64,000 nt of DNA from Octopus sinensis (GCF_006345805.1 NC_043000.1:98890001-98954000), one strand, 5' to 3'. Shown: positions 39,563 through 53,511, counted from the stretch's first letter. Program-made: numbers and translations. The notes: generated by a model not told the origin, from the sequence alone.

Positions 39563-40507
39563 TTCTACACACTACTTTCCATCCTTAATAATGAAACTTG
39601 GTAGATCCAAAACTTAAACACACAGACACACACACAGATATACACACAGACACACAAGTTGAGTTTTATATATATAGATTTCTCAACGGGGATTTCAGGG
39701 GAGAGTTTCAGTGAGTCGCTGGCGATGTATCGTGATGATCAAAAATCTGGCCTGCTAAAATTTTGTTAAAGTGATTCAAACTGCAGACTCAACGCAAAAT
39801 GGTCACATTTAATTCAAATCGTTAAAAATGTTATGAAAACAATTGGTATGTGTTCACAAAGTCCAAGCGATTAATACGAAAAAACCCTCCAGGCTACATC
39901 CCAAAAATTCATTTCTTTGCCGAATTTCTACATCTTGATTTTTTTATATCTTGATTTTTTATTTTTCATGCGATTTACGCATGCTTGCACGCGTGGTGAA
40001 CACAGTTCACGTCAAACAGCTGACTGAGTAAAGTTCACTATTCAATGCATGGGATAAGGCCTAAACAAACACATTATCGATTTTTGCACTTGCGAGATGA
40101 ATTTCGGAACAGAAATAGCGCAGTTCAATTTTCATTTGCCTAAACATTAAGTGACCCATTTTTTGTGGTTCTACGATTTGTTGGCTTGGAGGAGATGTGC
40201 CGGAAAGTTAAACATACACACACAGATACACACACAGACACACAAGTTGAGTTTTATATATATAGATATATATATACACACACATATGCACAAATATATA
40301 CACATCTACATAAATATATACACATATGCGTATTAATATAATGCGATTTTTAGCAATGTATATTATAATAAAACAATTTTACATTAAATTGTAGAATCAC
40401 TGAATATATTTTGGTAGAGTACAAATTGGTTATTCTTTAACAATAATAGTATTGACAGTAACTTTGACAGTAAGTTTCGGCTAGCTAAGTCATCATATTT
40501 ACAAATA

Positions 40508-40541
<34 letters not shown>

Positions 40542-40547
40542 TGTGCG

Positions 40548-40578
<31 letters not shown>

Positions 40579-40879
40579 TGTGTTACTATTCAGATTTATT
40601 TAAAGGTTTCTTGCCAATAGAAAAATGGCCGGTTTCTAACCTTGATCTAAGGCTCCTTCATTGGATTTTTAACATCAACAACAGGGTATTTTTGTATGTA
40701 TATATGTATTCTCATGCATATCTAGACACGGTCATACATATTTAAATGATAAAGCTCTGGAAAGTTTTACAGATTTGTACAGTTCCAGTTGTGTGTATCT
40801 ATGTACGTATGCATTATGTGTATATATGTGTGTATTTGCGTACATATATACATATATATACATGTACATATATATATAT

Positions 40880-40920
40880 ATATATATATAATATTATATA
40901 TATATATATATTATATATAT

Positions 40921-40955
<35 letters not shown>

Positions 40956-41619
40956 TATATATATATATTAAATATATATATATATATAAACATATATGAT
41001 ATATACCTATATGATGTGATTTTTACCGATAGAGGTATATGGGTATGTGTGTGTGTGTGTTGGTAAAATTTACACAAATGAAAGGAATAAAATTTGAGAC
41101 AAAGCGAAAACAAACAAACAATAAATACCACGTGGTGCCAGACGGATGAAAACATCTGCCAGAAGAATAGTAATAAATAGCGATAAAACAAAAATGTATC
41201 ATTATATGCTACAGCAAATGGAGAAAGGAAAAATACAAAAGAATATGAAATTTTGATAGAAGGAGAATAAAAATATATTCAGAGACACGAGATATAGAAA
41301 AAAAATATATGATATTAGAAAAGACGTGTGTTCACACATCGAGTCACAGGTAGAATGATAAGTATATATATTTTTAGTTTTCAGTCATTAGACGCATACC
41401 ATGTTGAATAAATTTTAATTGCTTTGAGTGAATTTTGCTCTCATTAATAAATTTAGTCTGGTATATATTTTATCATACGCATGTTTACACCGCTAACTGA
41501 TGGAACATCACTCTTTTTATCATTAAAATCAGTCTAATGATAAATTCGCGCGCACTTTCAGAAAGATACATACGTATATACGCACCAACATTCGTGCGCT
41601 CGTACACACATTTACACGC

Positions 41620-41671
<52 letters not shown>

Positions 41672-42360
41672 TATATATATATTAAATATATATATATATT
41701 AATATATATATATATATAAACATATATGATATATACCTATATGATGTGATTTTTACCGATAGAGGTATATGGTATGTGTGTTGTGTGTGTTGGTAAAATT
41801 TACACAAATGAAAGGAATAAAATTTGAGATAAAGCGAAAACACACAAACAATAAATACCACGTGGTGCCAGACGGATGAAAACATCTGCCAGAAGAATAG
41901 TAATAAATAGCGATAAAACAAAAATGTATCATTATATGCTACAGCAAATGGAGAAAGGAAAAATACAAAAGAATATGAAATTTTGATAGAAGGAGAATAA
42001 AAATATATTCAGAGACACGAGATATAGAAAAAAAATATATGATATTAGAAAAGACGTGTGTTCACACATCGAGTCACAGGTAGAATGATAAGTATATATA
42101 TTTTTAGTTTTCAGTCATTAGACGCATACCATGTTGAATAAATTTTAATTGCTTTGAGTGAATTTTGCTCTCATTAATAAATTTAGTCTGGTATATATTT
42201 TATCATACCATGTTTACACCGCTAACTGATGGAACATCACTCTTTTTATCATTAAAATCAGTCTAATGATAAATTCGCGCGCACTTTCAGAAAGATACAT
42301 ACGTATATACGCACCAACATTCGTGCGCTCGTACACACATTTACACGCATATATATACAT
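40880..42360. repeat. ~730-bp tandem duplication delimited by (TA)n tracts
   Basis: CATATATGATATATACCTAT at 40991 and 41721; about 99% identical with two substitutions and a few indels seen. Confidence 0.95.
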
Positions 42361-42365
42361 ATATA

Positions 42366-42430
<65 letters not shown>

Positions 42431-42431
42431 A

Positions 42432-42462
<31 letters not shown>

Positions 42463-43036
42463 CTGCGTCTCTGTGTGTGTGTGTGTGTGTGTGTGTATGC
42501 GACGGGCTTTTACACATTATTCAGCAACTAAATTCCAATCACAAATAACATCACGATATAGCACAAGAGATTTGCTCCATGTGCCCAAGGTTCTTGTGAT
42601 TTCGAAGTAATCTTCTTGGTCCCACCGTCAAGACTGCAACTATAGTCTATATAAATCAGTTACGCTTGTCTAGGACATATATGCTTTCCACGTAACATAA
42701 AGTGGCTCCAGCATCAATTTCTATCATAAAGGACAAAAAGGAATTTTTACGCCCATAAACTAACAATACTTGCTCACTAAATATCACATGAAGATCATAA
42801 GTAATACTGCAGCCACTTATATACCAACGGATTAACTATTCAATAGCAACAAATATTAGTCAAATGTTATACTTAAATCTTATGTTAATGGTTAGAATGA
42901 ACACAAAGAATATGAATAATTGCAAGCTATGACTTATGGTTAATCTATATTTAAGTCAGATACGATTACTTATATTTCTCTCAAAACTAGAGCTTATAAA
43001 TATCTTACATGTATATTTCAATCAAGCTGTCTTTGT

Positions 43037-43393
43037 ATATTAACATTTATCGCCAAGCTAATATGGCAGTCCATAAATATAGGACGAAAGCTGCCGTTGA
43101 TTAGCTCCAAGAGGCTGTCGTCTCTAGCTAGTTATATGACACACGAACCTGTGTCCATTATAACCTTCGAACAGGGGAGGTCAGCCGCTTCCCCTTGCTG
43201 GTCAGGCATCTGCACACATGTTTCAGGGTATTTGCCCTTTATCAATGCAGAGTAGCCGAACCCGGGTTATAATGGACACAGATTCGTGTGCCATATAGCT
43301 AGCTAGAGGCGATGGCCTCTTGGAGCTAATCAACGGCAGCTTTCGTCCTATATTTATGGACTGCCATATTAGCTTGGCGATGACTGTTAATAT
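43037..43393. mobile_element. Fold-back/MITE-like element: 129-bp inverted arms, 99-bp spacer
   Basis: 43037-43165 pairs with 43265-43393; about 8 mismatches, mostly transitions. Confidence 0.8.
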
Positions 43394-44546
43394 CCCGTAC
43401 CGCTACCGTAATCTCCTTTAGAGACACTTAGAAATAACAATATTTCTGTCTTTGTATAACTTCTAATTACATTCTGTGTTTCATTATCATCCAAAATATC
43501 ACATTTAAATGAGTCACTCAACTATCAGGCGTAGAGATAACGTATTTACATGTGATTAGGGAACTACGAAATTATCAACCATCATCCTGTGATATATGCT
43601 GAGGTTTTACTTGTAGTTCATATCTGTAAAACATTTGTAGACTCTACCGTGGAAGGAGAATAGGGAAGATCACTCTGGTGCAACCAGCAGTGCAGATGCC
43701 TGGCATTCTGTAGATGTGGACAAAATAGCTATCTTCCTCTGTTCTTCTCTTGTGCTTTTTAAGTGACGCATAGCAGAGGAATATACGTTGCTGATTTATC
43801 GATTAGTCTCCTGCTATAGAAATGGAAAAACAGAAATAAAGTCCGGTTTTGAATTGCCTTTTAAAGAACAAACGCTCATTCTCTTTCTCCGTTCCTCTAC
43901 TTCTACCAATTTCTATTTTGATATATGTTCTTATTCCAATGCACACCAGCACTCTACACACACACTCACACACACACACGCAAACATACATATACATATA
44001 CACATATACATATACATATACACACACACATATACACCTATATACATACATACATACGCAAACACACGCACATTAATACTCATGTATTTATATGTACACG
44101 CGTTCTTCTGTTTTAATCGATGTATATATGTATGAACGTATCAACTTAATTCACTTTTTTTCAAGTAAGCAAATCCGAAAGCGATAAAACAAACTTAATC
44201 AAATACGGACGTAACTCATTAACAAAAACTAAGTAAACAAACAAAGAAACAAACAAACAAACAAGAAAATGAGTAAATGAATAAAAGCAAAAACAAAGTA
44301 AAGCAAGAAAGAATGATATAACACAAGAATGATAGAATACTAAAATGATGATATAATTAAATTGAGATGAATAAATATGATGTTGGCAGCGTCAAGTTTT
44401 GACGGAAGATCCGCGCTAGTATTTGTAATTTCCTTCTGTTTGTACGTGATAAAAGAAATTAGCGCATATCTCATGACAGGAGATTACGTATGTGTGTTTG
44501 TTTATATGTACGTATAAGAGGATATATGTGTCAATGTGTTTCTGCT

Positions 44547-44608
<62 letters not shown>

Positions 44609-44843
44609 CACACACACATATATATATATACGTATATACAATACATATATACATGGATGCATGCAGTCTCACATTTCTTTTCATGCATGTATGCATACAC
44701 ACATACATGCATGCATATCCCCCTATATATATACATAGGTGCGTGGTATATATATGTGTGCGTGAGTGTATGTGTGTGTATGTATGTATGTATATCTGAA
44801 TGTATATATATATATACGTACATACATACATATATATATTTAG

Positions 44844-44894
<51 letters not shown>

Positions 44895-44985
44895 ATATAT
44901 ATTTTCACATGAATAGTTATGTCTCTGAAATTTCATGTGAGTGTATGCGAGTTTGTGTGTACGTGTGTGGTGTGTGTATGTGTGA

Positions 44986-45037
<52 letters not shown>

Positions 45038-45324
45038 GTCCATCCGTATGCCTAATACGTTTTGTGGAAAGGAGAGTGTGAATGGGAGAGCATGCGTCAG
45101 AAATTGCAAACAAAAGATGAGACTAAATGAGAGAAGAGAGATACTGAACTAAGTAGAAATGATATTGGTACTAAAGTATTTTTGCAGTATTGGCTGTTGT
45201 TGTTGTTGTTGTTGCCGTTGTTGTTGATTAGTTCTAGCTCAGTTCTATCGTACTATAATTCAAACAATTTCAGCCAATCCTATCTTCCCTTATTCAAAAA
45301 TAGTCAATATTCTCTTATCTAGTA

Positions 45325-45500
45325 CATATTTCTGTCGTTGAACACTGACCATGTCAGGCACCGCCTTGACGGATTTAGTGGAACAAATCGATCTCAGCAC
45401 TTATTTACTTAAGTCTGGACTTTATTTCATCGATCAATTTTGCTGGACCGGTAAGTTACGGGGACATAAGCAAACTAACACCTTTTGTCAAACAAATACA
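45325..45500 (-). mobile_element. Diverged 3' fragment of a CORE-like SINE
   Basis: CCATGTCAGGCACCGCCTTG...GTAAGTTACGGGACATAA matches the family tail on the minus strand. Confidence 0.65.
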
Positions 45501-45553
45501 GATACATATGTATATATATTCATACACACGCACCCTCCCCCACACAGACATGC

Positions 45554-45936
<383 letters not shown>

Positions 45937-45949
45937 GATATATATGCAT

Positions 45950-46330
45950 GCGAGATGCGTTCAGAATGCATCCGATTTTATTTTCCAAAATTAACGCTAC
46001 ATGGGCAAAATCCTTTGGGTGGGAGATGACGTCACCCTTTCTACGCATGCGTGAAAGTTTTCGCGTTGGTACGCTGCGCCAGTTCCCGGCTGTTACGCCT
46101 GGAGTACAGACGTCAGATACTTTTTGAATGCACCCGGGGGTCACCCTCTGCGGGCACGGTCTGCAGTGCTGTTGGAGTTGTATCGCTGCCGCTTGCGATA
46201 AATGGTGCTGGCGTGGACATTGTAAGCATTCGCAACAACCACGGCACGCTATCCTGCTTGCAATCGGCGCTGTTAACAATCGGGTCATACCTGATGCGTT
46301 CAAATGACAAATACCAGGAATGCGGTTCAA
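45950..46330. promoter_or_regulatory. GC- and CpG-rich unique segment with a CRE and an NRF1-like palindrome (candidate promoter or first exon)
   Basis: TGACGTCA at 46027-46034 and ACGCATGCGT at 46043-46052; CpG density visibly far above the flanks; function is not demonstrable from sequence. Confidence 0.3.
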
Positions 46331-46421
46331 GTCGATTTCTCCAACTAAAAGGCGGTGCTCCTTTATTGCCACAGTCAATTGACTGAAACAAAGAAAAGAA
46401 TAAAAGTATATATATATATAT

Positions 46422-46700
46422 GACTGTCTGTGTGGTTAAGAAGCTTGCTTCCCAACCACATGTGAGTGCTTTTAGTTGACGGAAACTGAAAAGAAGCCCG
46501 TCGTATATATATTTGTGTGTTTGCGTTCGTCCCCCTGTTGGTGTGCTGATGTTCCAGTAACTTAGCGGTTCGGTAAAAATACACCGATAGAATAAGTACT
46601 AGGCTTATAAAGAATAAGTCCTGGGATCGATTTGTTCGACTAAAAAGCGGTGTTCCAGCATGACGCAGTTATATAACTGAAATAAGTAAAAGAAAAAGGA
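46422..46700 (+). mobile_element. CORE-like tRNA SINE with an internal deletion
   Basis: CTGTGTGGTTAAGAAGCTTGCTTCCCAACCACATG...GACGGAAACTGAAAAGAAGCCCGTCG...CTTAGCGGTTCGG. Confidence 0.85.
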
Positions 46701-47670
46701 ATATATATATATAAATATATACGACGGCTTTAATTCTCTTTCTGTGTACCAAATTCACTCACAAGACATTGGTAGAATACACTTATTCAAGATACTGCGC
46801 AGTGGAACTCAATACGCCTGGCAAGAAAGGAGGGTATCCTGCGAACTAAATGCAATCACCGTTGCGAGTGGACCTTTTTGGTGTACATGTATCATACTGA
46901 GTCAAAAAGCATTTATTGCCTTAGTTTATAAATACAATTAGTAAACAAAACTCTTTAAAGGTGTGTGTGAAATTTGTACACAATAACAAATCGAAATTGT
47001 AGGAAAATATGAACGATATACGTGAGAGATTCTTGCCTTTCAGACTAACTATTGAAAGCATTCAACATGTTTCGCTTGCTCGATAAAACATTGATTAATC
47101 AGGTGCCAAGATTTTAATCTCTCCTTTGAGGAATTTTAATAGAGCCAATTTCTTGTTATTAATAACCAGTTTCACAAAACTCATTCATCGTCTATATAAA
47201 TTGATCATTCGTAAGTCTTGAGAAGTAGGGAACCAACGATGGCATGAATCATCAGCTTCGGTGAAATGAACTCTGTGATTGTATGTATTGATTCTTTCTC
47301 CTCTTGCGTTTGTACTAAATTATGTAACTATGCATGTATGTGTGTATATATAAACAAATATTTACAGGTATGTGTGTGTATAAATATATATGTATGTGCG
47401 TGTGTATGTACGCCACACATACAAACCCAGTAATGTGTAGCCGAATAAACCTCATAATATATATAATATATATATATATATATATTATATTATATATATA
47501 TATATATATTCATATAAAATTAGTATACATCCATATAAGTATGAAGGTACACTAATTTTATATGAAAAATATGTTGTCTATTAACTATTTTATGCATGCT
47601 ATCCACTGGTAAAAAATCTCTTCTCTACTCTATATATATTTTCACACACACTCACACACACACACACACG

Positions 47671-47702
<32 letters not shown>

Positions 47703-48084
47703 ATATATATATATATATATATGCATGTATGTATGTATGTATGCATATACACTAAACTATTGCTACATGTTAACTATGTGAGTATGTTTTTGTGTGTGTA
47801 TGTCTGTGTGTGTGTGTGTCTGTGTGTGTCTGTTGCGTGGTGGGTGTTGTTCTGTGCATAGGCTTGTGCTAGTGTGTCAGGTGTGGATATGGGTTTGTGC
47901 GCATGTACAAATATGTTTTTATATACAAGTAAGTATCAGCCTTGGTTCTATTAAATACAGTGTAATGATGAATGAAAAATAGAGGGCAATAGAGAAAGAG
48001 GGAAAGTGAGATAACCAGAGGAGTGAGAGAGGATGGGAGGGAGACTGAAAGAGGGAGAAATACAATTCCGACAAAACTCTATAG

Positions 48085-48183
48085 CAGTCATGGGCAAAGT
48101 ACGGCCCGCGAAACGTCTTGAATGGCCCGCGAAACGTCTTAAATGGCCCGCGAAACGGCCCGCGAAACGTCTTGAATGGCCCA
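48085..48183 (+). mobile_element. hAT/Charlie-like transposon end with 21-bp subterminal repeats
   Basis: CAGTCATGGGCAAAGTACGGCCCGCG resembles Charlie/MER termini; GGCCCGCGAAACGTCTTGAAT repeated about 3.5 times; no partner end found. Confidence 0.5.
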
Positions 48184-48604
48184 CGTAACGAAAAATTAGC
48201 TAGATTTTTTTTAGTAGTGTGGGTCACATGATGTTGAGCCATGTCTCATGCAGGCCGCTTCCGAAAAAGACTGCGCATTCCTGCTGTATGAGTTTGATAA
48301 CTGTGTACGTAGTTAGTATTGCTTCTAGCAATCTGATCTTGTACTAATATGAATAATGAATTTTATGGTCAGTAGTTAATTTTGATACGAACGCTATTTT
48401 GTTCTAATTTGTTCAATATATAGAATGCATTGTATGTATTTTATGTAGCAAATATAACCAGCGCAAAAACCGTTTTGTATTTGTTTTTAAATACAAAAAC
48501 ATCTTTTGTCGCTAACTCCTGATGGATTAGCAGAAGTATTCTTATAAAATTTGGTTCATTAAATATGTTTTCGATTGAGTGAACTGATATATTAGGTGCC
48601 ATTA

Positions 48605-48811
48605 TAGTAGCAGTAGTGGCAGCAGCTGCAGCAGCAGCAGTAGTAGTAGTAGCAGTAGTAGTGGTAGTAGTAATAGTAGTATTAGTAGTAGTAGTAGTAG
48701 TAGTAATGGTGGTGGTGGTAGTAGTAGTAGTAGTTTGTAGTTGTGGTAAAGTGTAGTGTTTATAGTGTTGGTGGTAACAGTATAGTTGTGATAGCTGAGT
48801 GATGGAGATGA

Positions 48812-48866
<55 letters not shown>

Positions 48867-48870
48867 TAGT
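48605..48870. repeat. Imperfect (AGT)n/(GGT)n/(AGC)n trinucleotide tract
   Basis: Direct reading. Confidence 0.9.
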
Positions 48871-50247
48871 TGCTACTGCGGTGGTAATTAACCTCATCGA
48901 GTGGATTTATAATCTAACATGTTCTCTCCTCGAATATTCTGTCGCTGGCTCAAGCATTGTGTATCTAGGACTACAATATCCAATGTGTTAATAGGTTTTG
49001 TTAGGACGGAAGAGTGAGACCTTAGGACGAATGGCTGCTATATCTCATAGTTTTACTCTATACATAAAGGCTACTTTATTGGTTGGTTGTTTGGGCGAAT
49101 GTCATCATTGCTGGTATCATTTAACCGCAGAGCGGCAATAAACAAGAAGACACTATGGCGTAAAATTCTTGTCGTGGCCATCCTGTATACTTTCAAGGCA
49201 TACTATATCGATACATAAATCATGTAATGTGTTCTGTTTTTAAACATTATAATTACAATTATAATTATAATTATAATGGCCCAAGTTGTCATGCATTGGG
49301 ACTAACCATGTAGTTGGGGATCAAACTTCTTATCGTACACCCATGTCTCCATCAATAGTGGAGTATTTTCATGAAATTTGCTCCACTAATGTTCGTATAA
49401 ATTCGAAGTATTTCAGGGCTATGATGTGATTATGCAGCGAAAGAATAAAAGGAAAAAGTGAGACATCTGCTGATAGACGATATAAAGGAAATAGGAAATA
49501 TTCTTCTTCAGAAAGTCCATATTTAAAGGATTTCATTTCATGAAGCAACATGTATATCTGACTTCCACTGTGATATATAAAAAAATAAGTATGGCATACG
49601 TAAGATTAGATATCGAACAACGCGGACGGTCGAATGTACCGAAGAGGCAGACACTTTAATATTTAAACGGATGAAGGTAACAGTACCTTCAGTGTTCAAC
49701 ATTGAGGTAAACACATAAGGTCATACATATTATCTACATAAACAGGTATTCATTCATTAAAATAGTCCATATAACGGAAATTTAATCTATATAACGGAAA
49801 CTTAAGTAATATTATATAGTAAGAAGTTTTCTGTTTCAAAATCTTCTGTTTTTTCTCATTAGGTGAAATACGGACTCCCACTGCGACATGCAGTACAAGG
49901 CTATCTTTCATATAGGGAAAAAATAAATGAGAACTCTCCCTTCCGTGATGAATTACTAACAGACACTCATATTCTTACCCAACTGAATGAAAATACGTGA
50001 TGTGGAAAAAATGCCCCGAAGTACTCAACATGAAAATAATTTCCTAATAGCATGCTTTTGAAGTAGCCATATCTATGTGTATGAGTGTTTATGTATGTAT
50101 AAGTGTGTGTGTACGCGCGCATGTGTATGCGTGTATATATGTATATATATATATATATATACATACACATAAAGACACACACATATATACATACATTCAT
50201 ACACACTTACACACACACTCACACTCACACACACAACACACACAGTA

Positions 50248-50284
<37 letters not shown>

Positions 50285-50444
50285 CAAAATAAGCAACAGG
50301 ATATCCAGAAGTAATGCAGTACAACCGTTTCAAGAACTCCATTTAATTGAACAATGCAGTCATTACATCAATTTAAATGCAGGGCTATCCTCAGATGCTT
50401 AAATAAATAAATAGAATTTTTTAGCCAGTCGGCACACACACACG

Positions 50445-50497
<53 letters not shown>

Positions 50498-50498
<1 letters not shown>

Positions 50499-50864
50499 TC
50501 GTTTATTCTTTTACACTCCTCAATGATTTGACTGCAACCAAATCGACCACACAACTTATTTTTTGAAAGCCTAGTACTTATTCTATCTGAATTCTGCCGA
50601 ACCACTAAATTACGGGGACGTAAACACACCAACGTCGGTATCAAGTGATAGTGCGGGACAAACACAGAAACACACACAGACACGCACACACATATATATA
50701 CGACGGGATTCTTTTCAGTTTCCGTCTACCAAATCCACTCACAAGTCTTTGATCAGCCAGATGCTATAGCAGAAGACCCTTGCCCAAAGTGCCATGCAGT
50801 GGGACTGAACACGGAACCTTGTGGTTAGAAAGCAAGATTTTTACCACACAGCCACACCTGCGCC
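50498..50864 (-). mobile_element. CORE-like tRNA SINE, near full length
   Basis: TTCAGTTTCCGTCTACCAAATCCACTCACAAG...GCAGTGGGACTGAAC...TTACCACACAGCCACACCTGCGCC. Confidence 0.88.
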
Positions 50865-51692
50865 TGCCTCTTACCACTCAGCCACTCCTGTTCTTCCGAA
50901 GTTTTATTTATTAAAAAAAGAAACATTACGAATAACATAAGCTTGGGAACAGTGTAAGCAATTATATATAAAATATATATCGCTCTGTAATACAATAAAG
51001 ATACAATGGTAACGGCAAGAATTAGTTTCTATAGAATATAAAGAATAAAACGGATTTATTGACCCAAAACAGGAATGAAATATATAGTAAAGATGTAAAA
51101 CATGACGTTATCTTTATTTTGAAAATAACTCGCATAACGACCAAAGCGAAAACTGAAAAAGAAAAAAAGAGAAGAAATACAGAAAAAAGGATGAAACTGA
51201 TAAATGGAAAATATTTTAGACGTTCTTTTAATAACATTCTTAGTCAGGATAGCAATATAGTTAAAGTATTTTTAAAAAGCCTTTGTACATAACTCTATGT
51301 GAATCTTTATTTTTAAGGATGGTAATTATATGTCGATATTATTACGAATATGAGATTTATTACTTTACATTATGAGATTTCTTTCTGATAAGAAAAGCAA
51401 TTGTATTACATTCATGTGTCGATGCATTTTCAGTGTTAGAATATACATATGTATGTTGGCTCCCTATTAAAACATATGCGCCGTAGTTATATGCTGTGAG
51501 CGGCGTGTATAAGTACGTATCTTTATGTATGTGAAAGAGGAGCACTTCCACATCTACAGCCATATCCATAAACACGTACACATACATACATACATACATA
51601 GACACATACACATACGTACATACACATACATATAAATAGACATATAAATATATATATGTATATATATATACACACACATAATAATAATAATC

Positions 51693-51753
<61 letters not shown>

Positions 51754-51774
51754 CAACAACAACAACAATAATAC

Positions 51775-51972
51775 TATCTACTATAAGCACAATGCCTGAA
51801 ATTTGAGGGGAAGGTTTAGTCTATTATATTCACCCCAGTATGCAACTGGTACTAAATTTATCGATCCCGAAAGGATGAAAGGCAAAGTTGACCTCGGCGG
51901 AATCCAAAACCAGGACGTAGCGGCGGGCGAAATATTGCTATGCATTTCGTCCAGAGTGCTAACGATTCTGCC

Positions 51973-51974
<2 letters not shown>
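51775..51974 (-). mobile_element. Meta-like tRNA SINE embedded in an (AAT)n array
   Basis: CGAAAGGATGAAAGGCAAAGTTGACCTCGGCGGAA...GCTAACGATTCTGCCA. Confidence 0.85.
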
Positions 51975-52026
<52 letters not shown>

Positions 52027-52047
52027 TATAATAATAATAATAATAAT

Positions 52048-52258
52048 CCCTTCTACTATAGGCACAAGGCCTGGATTTTGTGGGGGAGGAGGTAACTCGA
52101 TCCCATTAACCCAGTACTTGACTGGTACTTAATTTTTTGACCCCGTAAACATGAAAGGCAAAGTCAATTTCGGTGGAATTTGAACACACAACATAGCGAC
52201 GGAGGAAATGCCGCTATTTCTTTCAGCGCGCTAACGATGCTGCCAACACGCCACCTTA
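52048..52258 (-). mobile_element. Meta-like tRNA SINE embedded in an (AAT)n/(GAT)n array
   Basis: TGAAAGGCAAAGTCAATTTCGGTGGAATTTGAAC...GCTAACGATGCTGCCAACACGCCACC. Confidence 0.85.
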
Positions 52259-52288
52259 ATAAAGATAATAATGATGATAATAATAATA

Positions 52289-52326
<38 letters not shown>

Positions 52327-52379
52327 AGTGATGATGATGATGAGTAGGAGGAGGAGGAGGATAATAATGACTTCTTCAG

Positions 52380-53395
52380 AAGCCAGAAAAACTAGTACAA
52401 GTAGCCACAAAACACAAAACACACACAAAAAAAAAAACTGTTTTCAGTTTTTAAGGACAAATACAAATACAAAAAAGAAGTCTTGGTACCTAACAACTAT
52501 GAAGAAAAAGAAGAAACAACGAAAGCTGTAAAACAACGAAATCTGGACAAAAATGGAACAGCAACAGATGATGATAAAACGATGTCAACAAAAACCCTTT
52601 CATGGCAAATACTGGGTTAAACTAAACAGAAAGGAAATAGTCAAAGCAACAGTAGGACTTAAAGCAGAGACTGAATTTTTTTTAATTGTAGCACAAGATC
52701 AAAGCCTTCCAACCTGAAATTACCAAAAGCATGTAATGAAAAGAAATACAACGAGTAACTGCAGAATATGTGGAGATGGAAAAGAAACAATAAATCATAC
52801 TGTCTTTGGTTGCCCAGCTCTGGCTAAGAAAGAATATATTCACAGACACGAAAGAGTTGGAACCTATATTCACAGGAAGCTATATAATAACAACAGAAAA
52901 AATGGTATAGGTACATGCCAGAAAAGGTCACAGAAAATAAGAAATAAACCATACTATGTTATATGCCAATGCACATAGATAGAGAAATTAAGGCCAATAG
53001 GCCGGGTATAGTCGTCATAGATCACCAAGAAAAAATACTTTCTAATCGATTTACCAATACCAAAAACAAAAAAAACGAGAAACTTTTAAAATACAAAGAT
53101 CTGGAAATAAAGCTAACTCGAATATGGAGTCTAAAAACAGAAACTATTCCTATCATAGTAGGCGTATTAGGTATGATACAAAAATATTCAGACAAATACA
53201 TAACAAAAACAACAAGACTAAGAAGTATATATAGCATACAGAAAATAGAACTGCTAGGCACCGCACACATCCTACGTAAAAAACTTTCAATACAATAAAA
53301 ACAAGAGCAACACAACAAACCACAGCACATACCCAAGGCACACGGAGCTGCGCTCGGTAATGTAGTGAAAGCACGTGATAAAAATAAGACTACCG
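52380..53395 (+). mobile_element. 5'-truncated R4/Dong-like LINE (CCHC knuckle, endonuclease, 3' UTR) ending in (TAA)n
   Basis: CRICGDGKETINHTVFGCPALAKKEYIHRH; IDREIKANRPGIVV...KYKDLEIKL...GTAHILRKKLSIQ; 3' UTR shared with 16564 and 17174; start approximate. Confidence 0.9.
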
Positions 53396-53432
53396 AATAA
53401 TAATAATAATAATAATAATGATAATAATAATG

Positions 53433-53482
<50 letters not shown>

Positions 53483-53511
53483 CATAATAATAATAATAAT
53501 AATAATAATAA
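53396..53511. repeat. (TAA)n array directly after the LINE 3' end
   Basis: Direct reading. Confidence 0.97.

Noticed and set aside
48103-48183. CRISPR-like repeat array
   Set aside because: The repeats are contiguous without unique spacers, the context is eukaryotic, and there are no cas genes.
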